Shown here one piece after another: positions 15,518 through 27,012 of a stretch of DNA of 64,000 nt (positions are counted from its first letter, which is position 1; the number at the start of each line of letters is the position of its first letter). The stretch is taken from contig JAHLWZ010000733.1 of NCBI GenBank assembly GCA_020536535.1, forward strand, positions 62,001 through 126,000, given 5' to 3'. The notes beneath the pieces were generated by a model. The model saw only the letters and a program-made list of their open reading frames with translations, did not search any database and had not been told where the DNA came from. Source of the DNA: Pelomyxa schiedti. Taxonomy: Eukaryota; Protista; Evosea. A program made the position numbers and the translations under genes.

Positions 15518-18500
15518 ATGGACAGTCCACCCGTTGCTCCGGATCGTGCACTCCCTCCTCCTCCTGCCTCGCGGACCTCCAGCACGAGCGGCGGGGGGAC
15601 ACCAACGGTGCCCCCCCTCGCGGACCAGCAGGCACAACAACAGCAGCAGCAGACGCAGTCGCTGCCCCACACGCCACCGCCCCCCCGCGCCGTGTGTGTG
15701 CAGTTCCGCGAGGGCCACCCCGAGTACCAGCTCCTCGTGCTTGTGACTGGCCCCGTGGGCCTGCCCCCCTGCTGCGACATTTCCTCCCCCTTGGGGGGTG
15801 CGGCCGCCGCGGCCCCCCCTCCGCCTCAGCCTCCTCCTCCTCCACCACCCCCGCCTTCCTCTCCCTCTCCCTCTCCCTCCACCTCCACCTCCTCCTCGCC
15901 CACGACCACATCCACCCCGCTCCTGCCCACTGTGTCCCCGACACCTAGTACTGCTACTACTACACAGTCGACACCAACACCAACGACATCGAGCACTCCC
16001 TCGCCGAAACCACCGGCTTCTCCCCCCGATTCCCACAAGTGTGTGCCTGACAACGCCGCTGGCTCCCCATGTCCCCAACAACAACCTCTGTCACAGATAC
16101 AGATACAGATACAAACACAGACACAGAAACAGGATCATAACAGCGGTGGTGATGGTGGTAATGGGGGTGGGTGCTGTTGTGACAGGGATGGGGAGGTGGA
16201 CAGTGATTCTGACTGTGATTGTGGCTGTGGCTGCAGTTGTAATGCTGATGGAATGTCTGATGGCAGTCGTGTGTTGCCGGCGGATTCCACCTGTGATTTG
16301 AAGGGTGATGGTGGCTGTGCGACCGTTGGTGGGAATGTGATGGTGACCGATGTAACAAAAGTTGGTCAGCTCAAGGATGTACACATATTCACTCCTAATG
16401 CGTAGTGCAAAATAGATATTTAGTTTAACATTGCCAAACTATCTAGATTTTTTCCGACAAGTATAATAAATGGCTTGGGCAACCCATTTTGCGATCCAAA
16501 GATATTGCCCTCTTGAATGAAAGGTGTGTTGTCTTAGTGGCTTGAATGCAACTTAGTGTTAACCTTGCAGATGTGACAAGCTAGATGATGCCACAGTCAT
16601 TGCAACTGTACTTGCAACTACACAGATACAGCCAACATTCTTGTTTGTTGTCTGGGATATTGTCAAGCCTACTCTACAGTCTGCTTTGACAGAGAAACGA
16701 GCAGCAGTGAATCACCTGTCTACATATAATTTTGTCTCTGCCGTAGGCTGTGTGAGTCCTCTTCCTCTTTTAGTTGCCCTATTTTTCTCAATATGTTCAA
16801 GTTCTCTAGGGCTATATCCATCGCTGCTCACTTCAGTCCTCCGCCACTTAAACTACTCAGTGTCTGTTATACAGGTAGAGCCGAAGCTATGCTAAAACTA
16901 AACCTTGATATTGGTGTGCCCTCAAAACTATATTATATGCGTTTCTCATATTACCAGAGGCTGCTGATGATGCTCTACAAGCACTGTACTACCACCCACA
17001 GAACGCTTGGGCTTTCTTCCACTTAGGGTTTCACTTATTACCGACCTAAGTAAAATAACTTAGTTTCCCTGTAGAATGTGTCACTTCCGTGCACAGTCTT
17101 TCACAAATGCAGTTTCTATCTGGACGAAAGGGTTTCCGTATGCAGAAAGGCGAGCAAGGAAGGGTATATACTTTCGTTCTCTATTTACTGTAACCGGAAA
17201 CTAAGATTTCAAAAAATGGATTGGAAGATGTTCTTCTAGTGAAATAAAAAAGAATGGAATCCTGTGTGTACAGACAAGGTTCACGACTCAAACTCAATCC
17301 TTTTTAGTGGTCTTCCAATGGAAAACGATCCACTAGTTATAACAGTTTTACTAAAGAAGGCAATGGAAGCAAATGAGTCTCGCGATTACAAGGCAGGAGA
17401 CCAACCTTCATGATTTTTCAAATAATATATCTAGGGCACCATATTTCTTCTTAGTAAAGTTCTAGAGTTATCTCCCACTGAACCTGAGGCACTCTATCAG
17501 CTTGGTATTTAATTGATAGTTTTTACTTCTTAATACCTTCCAGGTATGTTATTACAGAACCAATCTAGAAAGCCTGAGCAAGCAACAGCCTTGTTTAGTC
17601 GTGGAGCTGAAGCTTACCCCCAGAAACCTGAATTTCACATAGCGTGAGTATCAACAAATATCCCCTCATCTCCCACGAACCAGGCTTGGGGACGCTTATT
17701 CAATACTTGGAAAACCTCATGAAGCACTAGCAAGCTACAAGAAAGCTCGAGAATGTGTTACAAACAGTTCCAATCCTCAGCAATCTACAGTTGACTCAAT
17801 CACAGTTGAGCTAATCAAGTTCCACTCTTTCCCTAAATTCCCCCCTTTTTCAAGGTGAAAATCGGAGATGCTTTTCTCTCTCTGAACGATGTCGATAATG
17901 CAATGCGCTTCTACTCAGTGAATAACATCCCTCTCCCTTCTCTTTCCCACACAGTGCACAGAGTATTCTGGCACGAGACCAAACTCACATTGGAGCGTTA
18001 ATGGGTTACTCAAATGTCTTATTTTCCCGAGCCCGTTCTCTTTCACAGAAAGATCAAAAAAAGTCAAACGAGTTACATGAAGAAGCGTTACAAGTATGTA
18101 TCTCACTGCATTTCCCTTAGTAACCATCTCTCAGGTCAGATTGCACGTTCTTGTGGCCAACTCAAAAGATGAACTTGCTCGTGAAGCTGTTACTGAAAGT
18201 GTGTCTACACCCGGTGGAATGGACAGATTATTCAAGCAGCTTACGGTGATTGGCAGTGAATCTGCTGCAGCATTTGCTTTTATTGCTTCACTGATAAAAG
18301 ATTTTGGAAGTTCGGATGCATTTCCCTTTTCTTGACATTATCCAGTAGTAATCTTATACCAGGGCTTTCAGAGGCATGTTTGTTGTATGAACAAGCTGTA
18401 TCCCTTCAGCCACAAAACTTTTCATATGTTTTAAACCTTGTGCATGCATTTGAGGTTAAACTTTGCAATGGTTTTTTTTTGTTAATGCTGAGTAGTGCCG

Positions 18501-20298
18501 GGGGTGGTATAAATCAGCAATTTTAACCATTCAGAACTTCCTCATGGGAAATGGCGATTTATCTGTTAGTGGAGTGTCGGCATCCCACATTTTAGCTGTG
18601 ATTCAACCTTTAAATGTTGGCAAATGGACAAGTGAAAGGTAATCACCTTATGTAAATGAAAATGCAAATGGTAACTGGTTCACAGACCAGATCCGAATCC
18701 ATTGCTTATTCCAGGGCCTCTTCCTATTCACCTTGCTTCACCATCTGTTGCGTCATCAATCGTGCCAACTGCGAGCACATCCAATTCTCAATCTGCTGTT
18801 ACCCCAGCTACACCAGAACGGCCAACCGTAGCATCATATACCCACGATGAGCTTAATCTCCTTGCTCTGTTTTTTACAATACCGAAAATTCTCTTCATAC
18901 TGGGGCATGTATCCTTTGTCCCTCCACTGGTTGCACTTCTAGGTATATCATTATTGTTGGATCTCAGTACTCCCTTAATCCCTCCTAGAGTGTTGCCGGA
19001 ATGGGCATGACTTACATCTTACTATGATTCGCAATGAACAAGGTTAGCCATATCGTGCAAATGTTACCAGATAACTTCTTGAAGCTTTTTTCCAAGTCGT
19101 CACATCACTCTCTTCACTGACAACTATTCAACCAAGTGATTTAGCGACCCCTCCTATTTATCTTCTAGGTTACAAAATTCATGTCTATTCAGTAATCACC
19201 TCTTTGCAGGGGATAGCAACTGTCTCTCTGCTGCTTGGCAGAAACTCACTATCGAAGTATATATGCTATCCAAATCTCTAAATCTTTTTACCTGAGTAAC
19301 AAGGGAGAAACAAGATTACTACATCCGTACTTAGTAACAGGATTAAAAATTTGGCACTTGCGGAAAGAATCCAGATTCTACCCAAAGCACAACTTTTATT
19401 CTCTTGCAGATTTAAGTAGACTTTATGTTTTGGGATTTTTTCTCACCAGGACTAGTACCCAACAAAGCCTGGGTCATAGCCATACTTGGTGAAATAGATT
19501 GCCGTGAGGGATTACTTATATCTGTGGAGAAGGGTAGATACAAGGCATGACAAATAATCACTCTTGTTGTTTTAATGCCTTCAGGATATGGAGGAAGCTG
19601 CGGCAACTACAATCCAAATATATTTGAACGTATTGCTCCGCCTGATTTCTAAAAAAAATTGGACAGTTTTTGTGCATCCAGTTTCCCCTGTTTTGCCTGA
19701 AACGAGGTTGTGAAGTTAGGGTACCCTCGAAACTTATGCACCTAGGCAAATCGTCCATGAATTTAATCAGATACTTTGCAAAGTCATCTCCTATGCAGGA
19801 GAAAAAAGACTACGTTGGCTTGATTTTGGCACTGAGTTACTTGCTCCCAGTTCAGAAATTGTCATCCCTATTCCAGTCCCCACAATTCCACCACCCCAAC
19901 TAGCCACACAAATCCAATCGCTTTCCTCTCAAATGCAAGGGCAAACACATGAACAACAACAGCAATTCCTTCGAAACCAACTGCAACAGTACCTCCAACA
20001 GCAGCTTCTTTTCCAGCTCCAACAGCAACAGCAACAACCACCTCCTTGTCCTCCCCCACAAGATGGACCCACCCAAAAAAAGCCCGGTGATATTCCAGTA
20101 TTGAAATCCGCAGCCGCAGCATTACCAGTAACACCAAATACAGCCTCTGTGGTTGCGGCCAAGCCCCCTACCACAAGAAACACCCAATCCAAAATGGAAA
20201 TCAAGCCTCATTTCCTTCTGGATGGAACTCATCTACACCCGTCCTATGTTCAGGCAGTGCTACAACCAGCTCTTGTCAAAGCACTCTCCCGTCAATAA
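15518..20298 (+). CDS. TPR-repeat protein with a C-terminal SGNH/GDSL-hydrolase-like domain and low-complexity inserts
   Basis: TPR-like exons (KVLELSPTEPEALYQLG; LGDAYSILGKPHEALASYKK; LLYEQAVSLQPQNFSYVLNLVHAFE). C-terminal motifs GDSNCLSAAW, LVTGLKIWHLR, GEIDCREGLLISVEKGRYK, VHPVSPVLPETR, DGTHLHPSY. The link from exon 1 is inferred through an intron at about 16379-16446. Confidence 0.75.
15830..15910 (+). repeat. CCT/CCA and CTCTCC-type microsatellite encoding poly-Pro and Ser-Pro/Ser-Thr
   Basis: Read directly from the sequence; lies in exon 1 of the TPR gene. Confidence 0.8.
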
Positions 20299-20625
20299 CA
20301 ACAGCACTACAGCAGAATCACAGTTACCCAACAAATACCCCATTGAACCGAGTCCTGGCTTTCCCTTTAGACCACAGAATACTGCAATGCATTGCTCCAA
20401 TTCCAGTCTAATTCCAATCAGCACCCATCGCTGATTCCCTCACTCCCTACTCCTGTTTCTACCACCCAGCATTCATGTTGAATTACCCTCCTATGTACGA
20501 AAAGGCATTCGATTTGAATTAATTTCGTAAAAATTCATCAAAAACGAAAGAAGTGGCGGTACTCGCCGGACACGAAACGTCATTTGTCATGACTACGACA
20601 AACAAACACAACACAAAAAAAAACC

Positions 20626-22762
20626 ATGGAAGCAGAGGAGGAAGAGGCCGCGGAGATGCGCAGGTGTGCGTCACGAGATGGGCATGAGGAGAAAACAAGG
20701 AAGGAGGAAGACAAAAAGCGCGTGCTCTCCATCAGTAAGATCATATGGGACGAGATCTTGTCGCCGTGGTGGCGCGGTTTGAAGTGGAGGGCGATGACTA
20801 CTGACAAGGCCGTGCGGTTGCTTGTGGTGGCCGAGGCGTTTTTCCCGCTGGTGGCGCTGTGTTGCAGGGCTGTGCTGGAGACCGACAACATGAAGAGGTT
20901 CAAGTCGCACCACTGGGTAGTGCCAATTTCCAACTACTACGCTCTGGTGTGCGCTGCAGCGGCCGGCGGCTCTGGATCGTGCGCCAAGTGGATCCTCCGC
21001 CACAAGCAGACGAGGAACAACAACAGGGAGTGCTCAGCGCTGCTGTGGGGATTTTGCAGAGCCGGTGATTTGACAAGGGCGAAGCGGCTGTTGCAAGGTG
21101 GGGACCTGTGGAAGGGCTGTCCACTTTGGCCAGTGAGTGACTCGGGGTTCATGAGTGAAGTTAGAGTGGACCCGCCTACATACCATACTGCTGATGTGAA
21201 GCCTCGCATTCGTTACACTCTACTTGGTGAAGCTTGCAAGGGCCCTCGAAATCTTCCGCTGGTACAGTGGCTGCTTTCTGAATTCAACATGAATGAGGAA
21301 TCGCCTGGAGCCTTTCTTGTTGCGCTTTCACATGGAAACTTGGAAATTGCCCAGTGGCTTTGTGGGACTCCAGATGTCAAGCGCGCACATGACCTTTTAC
21401 AGGCCTCTTTGCCGGTACACTATTGTTCGTGTGCTAGTGGGCAGCTCGATATCGTGAAGTGGTGTTTTCAGGAGTTCTCTGACGAATACCTTACTGCTGA
21501 GGCAAAGAAGGAGATGGTGTTGGTTTTTATGAGAAGCGGAAGGTCAGTTCAGGAGCTTATTGAAGGCTATCTCTGGTTCAGGGACCATTTTCCGAATTTG
21601 GATCCTGACAAGGTTACCCAATGTGCGTCACATGTCAGTCTGTCACTCATGCAGTGGCTGATGGACAAACAACACACCAAGGCCCCAACAATCAGGTATA
21701 CTGGCACCCGACAGTGCATTGAGTGGTTGATTCGCAGTAACCATGTAAGTGACCTGCGAGAGGCTTTCATTAGGGTTTGTGGCAACTTCAAGGATGATGT
21801 ATCAGTTGTGAAGTTATTGGCAGCGAAAACAAAGCCAACGCGCGAGGACCTCGTCAAGTCCCTCATCATGGCTCTTTATTACAACAACACCGCCGTCGCA
21901 ACTTGGTTGGACGATACATTTCATATAATGGAGAAGTCCGACAATGCCGGGGTTGCTTTTATTCTTCTTAAATTGTGTGAAGGGCATTGCGGCTGCAATA
22001 ATATTGATGGCCCCAAGTGGCTTCTTCAGCATCTAGGCACTAACATCCTACCACCAGGTGTCATCAAAAAAGCACTTCATTCTCATATATGTCATCCCTT
22101 CACTCTGCTGCTATTGAAGTCATTCCCCCGTCCAGCTAAGAATGACAGAGGCACCTGGAATAATATTCTTATGAGAACTGTTCGTGGGAACATTTCGGAC
22201 GTTAGAGCGATTGTACCTTTTGGACACTTCACACAACCTGAAGTGGCAAAGTGCCTTATAACACAGGGAAATGGACTCCATTCCACCAAAATCCTGAAGT
22301 GGCTAATTACGACTTATCGTTTGACTGGAGAGCATGTCAAGGCGCATAACAACTGGGTGCTGATGTCCAGAATCTCCATGTGGAAGACAAGCAGTGCACT
22401 GTGGCTCATTGACAAGTTCCACATCACTTTGCCAGAGGTGAGCGTTCTTTCCCTTCGAATACTCTAACACTCACAAGATTTTGCCGGGAGTTATTCCATT
22501 TCTCAAAGGCTGTGTCTCCATGCAGAATTATCTTGGTTCTTGGAGGGCGCTTCTAAGGGTATTTCCAAGGATAACGGCGTCTGTTGTGAGGCGCAACTTC
22601 ATGCCCATTGTGACCGCAACACCACTCCACATGGAGCTCACCATGCACCAAATTGGACTGAGCCTGGATGACCTTGTGGAGTACTACAACAAATTCCAGT
22701 CGAATGAATTCCCCATAGAAGTACGAATTTGGTTCTCTTCGCACTCCACACCGCACACATGA
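20626..22762 (+). CDS. Ankyrin-like repeat protein of a lineage-expanded family (about 700 aa)
   Basis: 613-aa ORF with degenerate ankyrin helices (LLGEACKGPRNLPLVQWLL; FLVALSHGNLEIAQWL; CASGQLDIVKW; IMALYYNNTAVATWL). A probable intron near 22439 joins the 22481-22762 frame. Confidence 0.7.
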
Positions 22763-22870
22763 AGCTCACCATCTCTACGTTGGAATTTCAAGAAAAAATA
22801 TCGCGATTCGAAAACTCGCACTTGAACTTTTTGGCAGCGAAAAAAGAAAGGAAAAAAAATAAATCAGGCA

Positions 22871-25800
22871 ATGGCCACTCGAGTACGTGACGCTGAGGGC
22901 GTTTGAGTTTTTTTGGGTTTTTCTTGGCCAGAAGGCCATCTATGTGGAAACTGACAAAACAAAAAATATAAAAAAAAGCAGCCAAGGAAAACGTCTCTGT
23001 CATTGTCAGCATACACTGGGAACCTCTTCTTGAGAGTTGAATTCAAGGAGTACGAACTAGTGAAAACAATTTTGGTGTGCAGGCAAACATGGCACTCTGC
23101 ACTTTTGTTTTCAGAAAGAGTGACCACTTGTATAATACAATTTAGATAACAACACCAACATGGACAGTGGCTGACACTGTTGAACATTTCATGGCCAGCT
23201 TACCAAAACGCCCTGAGGTATCACATTACAGAAAATAATTTTCACAATTTTTTTTTGTGGACTACAGGGTAACTTTGGATTTAAAGTAGGAAACAAATGG
23301 CTGGAAGATTCTGGTCTAATTTTATCTCAAAAGCTGGTATCACCTTGCAGGATGTTTATTTTTTACTTGTACTTGTACTTAGACATCAGGAGCCACAGTG
23401 AAACTGAAGAGAAAACGATTTGGCAGAAAAGGCGACCCATCCACAAAGCACCCAATCTGTATTCCTGTTGTGCCCCTTGAGAATTACGTCGAAAAACCCC
23501 TTGAGTTATTGTTGATTGGTATATCTCAACATTGTTGTTTCCGCACTTTGACATTGTAACTTAGGCAATGGCAACGTTGGAAAGGTTATTGTATTGAAAC
23601 CCTACCCCTTTTAACAATTTCTAGACAAGTTTGCTCAAACGGTTCTTGAACCAACATTCTACAACCCTTTTAGAAAAAACTGAGACCTATGTCATGGCTT
23701 CTATCCGTGTGGCAAATAAACACGTTCATGTGAAAGTATTGCTCAAAATTCCCTCCCTGCACTGATTCTTTCATAGTGTTGGGATGTGTGCAGCAATACT
23801 CTGCCAAAGGATGCCTCAGCTCTTGGACCGTATATTTTGTTACTCTCCCAGGGTCTTTTCTTAGACAAATAAGCTATATTTCAATGGCGGACGGAATCGG
23901 AATTGTCTTTGATGTGACTGATGAATATTCATTTCAGTCAGTATGGAGTTGGGTGGATCTTGTGAAACGCACACACATGAAATCCACAGGCACGCAAAGC
24001 ACCCCTCCAGCTTCTCCTTCTTCACCCTCCACAACAACTACAACAACAGCAATAGCAACACCACAATCAACAAGCCTCACTACAAGCAACTCTGCAATAC
24101 CCCTCACTTCATCTTGGACGCAAAACAGTCCCGGCACCCCTCGAGGCCATCTCCCAAGACTTGACCCGCTTTTCAACAAATTGTTTCTTCTTATAGGAAA
24201 TAAACGTGACGCTGCTGATGAATTTTCTGTGACTACCACTTCTGCCCAAACTCTTGCAAGACACATAGGAGTCAAATATGTGGAAACAAGTGCCACATCA
24301 AATGTGGAAGAAGTTGTATTTTGTGATATATCCGTTCCATTGCAACATGTTTCTCCCTACACTGTATTGGCACAACTGGCCCATAATTCCAGGGTTATCC
24401 GTGAAGAGTGGATACAGAGGAAGACCATATTAGCTGGTTTATTTTTATTTTTTTTTTTTTTCGTTTCATGATATTCCAGGAATGGCTGCGGAAACTAATA
24501 TCCTGGGGTCGTGGAATCTCTTCAAAAAATTTGTACTTCCTATTGTTGAAGCACCTGTTACCTGTACTGCCCTGCACAGTGGTTACTTTGATGGAACACA
24601 ATTTGATGCAAGTTCCTCCTACGAAAATATTACCATTAGTCCTCTTGAAATAGGTTGGAATAAGAAGTTTCAGTTGTAGCTAACTTATTGTAAACAGGCT
24701 TGATTATAAAAGCCAAGGGAAAAAATCGGTGCTGCAAAACAGTCCCTATCACTCCTCGTACCCAATTTCAGTCAGTTCCTTCCTATTCACAAGAAGAACT
24801 CATTAATTATAGTATTGTCGGAAATGATTTCGTCCTTCAATCAACCGAAACAAGTAAGTCCTACATGTTTGTTGGTCTGAACCTTGCTCCGAGTGTCTTC
24901 CTTCAGAACATTAAGTCTGGCACAATTCTTGTGAGTGAGACAATCACACAAATTGTCACGAACGTTCAGGGCTTAGTTAAGCTCAATTGCACCATTTATC
25001 CTGACACACTCCAAGACTTGACCTTTGTAATTCCTTCTTGCCTTTTTTAACTTGTAGTCATGGCATAGGTGTAACACTATGAATTTCTAGATAACGAAAG
25101 GGGGTTGTGGGGAAGTGTGGAAAGGTCAAATTCTCGATCACCAAGTGGCTGCAAAAAAGTACACAACTCTCTCCAACAAACCTTAACTTTCCATAAAAGA
25201 ATTCGCCCAGAGCAGGTACAAGATCCCTCCATTCGGCAACAGTTTTTGCGTGAAATGCTTCTCTTATCTGAGCTAAAGCATGAACCAAATGTTGTTGAGT
25301 TTCTTGGACTATGTGTAGACCCACCCCGAAATTCCGGAATATGTCGTTCATCTTGGAATCGTCTGTGGACTAATTTACTGAAAGGGATGATAACTGAATG
25401 GTGTGAACATGGTTCTCTGGATAAATATATATTCTCTCCGAGTTACAATCGGGATTGCGGACTTGAAATCCTTAAATCCGTATGAGATTCCGTTCCGTTT
25501 TTCACTTCTCAAATCTCACTAGGCTTGCCGAGGATTAGTTTCTGTTCACAAAGCTAAAATAATACACAGAGACTTAAAACCGGAAAGTATTTGTTCTTCT
25601 CGACAGAAACAAACACGAGTAATGAACTGACCACTCATGCAACACCACAGATCTACTTGTTGCCGGCATGAGTCCCTGGGCCATAAAAATAACCGACCTT
25701 GGCACTTCTCGGCTTATATCTGGGAATGAGATTTATCTCACAAAAGGGTTCCAAGGAACTTTAGCGTAATTTATCCTCTAGACCAGACAACACCATTTCT

Positions 25801-26202
25801 CCTGATCAACACACCACAATCAATAAAAAAAAACACAAACAACAGCTATGCTGCACCCGAATTGTGGATGCCAACACATAATCACCAAGTTGATGTGTAT
25901 TCCTGGGGTGTCATTATGTGGGAAGTAATGACTGGCAGTAGAATTTATGAAACACTGACACAAACACATCCCTCTGTGCACCCGTCAGTTTGGAAACTCG
26001 ATTTGAGGTTAATTTTCCTTATTTATTTGAATATTCACCTTGTAAAATTCCCTAATATGCAATTAGTTCTTACATTGGACCAAAGCCAGCATCATGGCCT
26101 GCGGAATTTGCTCAACTGATGCACGGTTGTTGGCAAAGTGATCCTGCAAAAAGGCCATCATTCGTGGAGTGTTTAGCAGTGTTGGAAAAGCTTAGTGTTT
26201 AA
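22871..26202 (+). CDS. Ubiquitin-like (talin/FERM-F0-like) + Ras-superfamily GTPase + TKL-type protein kinase fusion; start codon uncertain
   Basis: Spliced: LFLRVEFKEYELVKTILITTPTWTVADTV...FGFKVGNKWLED...VKLKRK, then LLIGNGNVGKTS, CWDVCSN, LIGNKRD, YVETSA, then GEVWKG, VAAKK, HEPNVVEFLG, IHRDLKPE, KITDLGTSR, GTLAYAAPE, VDVYSWG, CWQSDPAKRPSF. Stop at 26200-26202. Confidence 0.82.
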
Positions 26203-26332
26203 TTACTTACTGTTAGTATTGTCTGTATGATACAGAACCACCTTCAACCATGCGAAATAAAAAGCCATTGTTAAGAAATGTTTGGAGGAAAATGAAGAGA
26301 GTGTTTTATTTCTTGCATTGGAGTTGAACAGC

Positions 26333-26693
26333 TCAACCCATGAAGTTGATAACAAAGAGGTGGAGTACCAAATTGCACAGTAGATAATCCACAAAAGCTC
26401 TTTCAGGTGTTATTTTGAACACCTCGGTTTTAAGTTGTAGTCTCAGGCATACTAGAGAAGGTCAAACAGGGAAAAAAAAAGTAAAAAAACTCACGTGTTA
26501 ATATGAATACGCCCACGCATGAGGCGAAGGCCGACAGGAAAGAGTTGTAAGGGAAAGTCGTCACAAGTGCGCAATAGGCTGCCACAACGACACCCGTAAA
26601 TGCCGCAAACACCAAGAAAGCGTCGATGATAAGCAGATCTTTTGTGGTCTCGGCGCGGTACGTGCTCAGGAAAGCCGACAAGACCCTCACCAT
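26333..26693 (-). CDS. DAD1: Oligosaccharyltransferase subunit DAD1/OST2 (2 exons)
   Basis: [10 protein letters not shown]...[25 protein letters not shown], intron, CLRLQL...[26 protein letters not shown] stop. Confidence 0.95.
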
Positions 26694-27012
26694 GTCGCTG
26701 GATTTAATTCTCCTTATCATCTTCACCAACACAACTCCCTTCTCGTCTTGGCGTGTTTCCCGGCCCTTCGGCTGCGATTAAAATGTCTTTTGACCTCGAG
26801 TCACTTCGTCAAAAAGAGAAAAAGCCAGAAGCAGATCTCCAGGCTCCTTGCAATCGGCCCCACAGGAGATCTTTGACACATTGACAGCAGTAATTCCCCG
26901 GCTCAGGTGTCAATGCCTCAGTCCTCATCTCAAGCTAGATTCGGGCAATCATTTTTTTCAAAAACAAAAGGGAATATTGCCACTTGGTGGGGCTCGTCTG
27001 CGGCGAACTGTG
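26694..27012. promoter_or_regulatory. Probable bidirectional promoter between DAD1 (-) and MED14 (+)
   Basis: Divergent starts about 320 bp apart in CpG-retaining sequence. Confidence 0.45.

Noticed and set aside
26783-27012. Upstream ATG (26783) and TTG-started extension (26848) as an alternative MED14 start
   Set aside because: The ATG frame stops after about 25 codons, and Med14 similarity begins only after the ATG at 27013. It could at most be a uORF.
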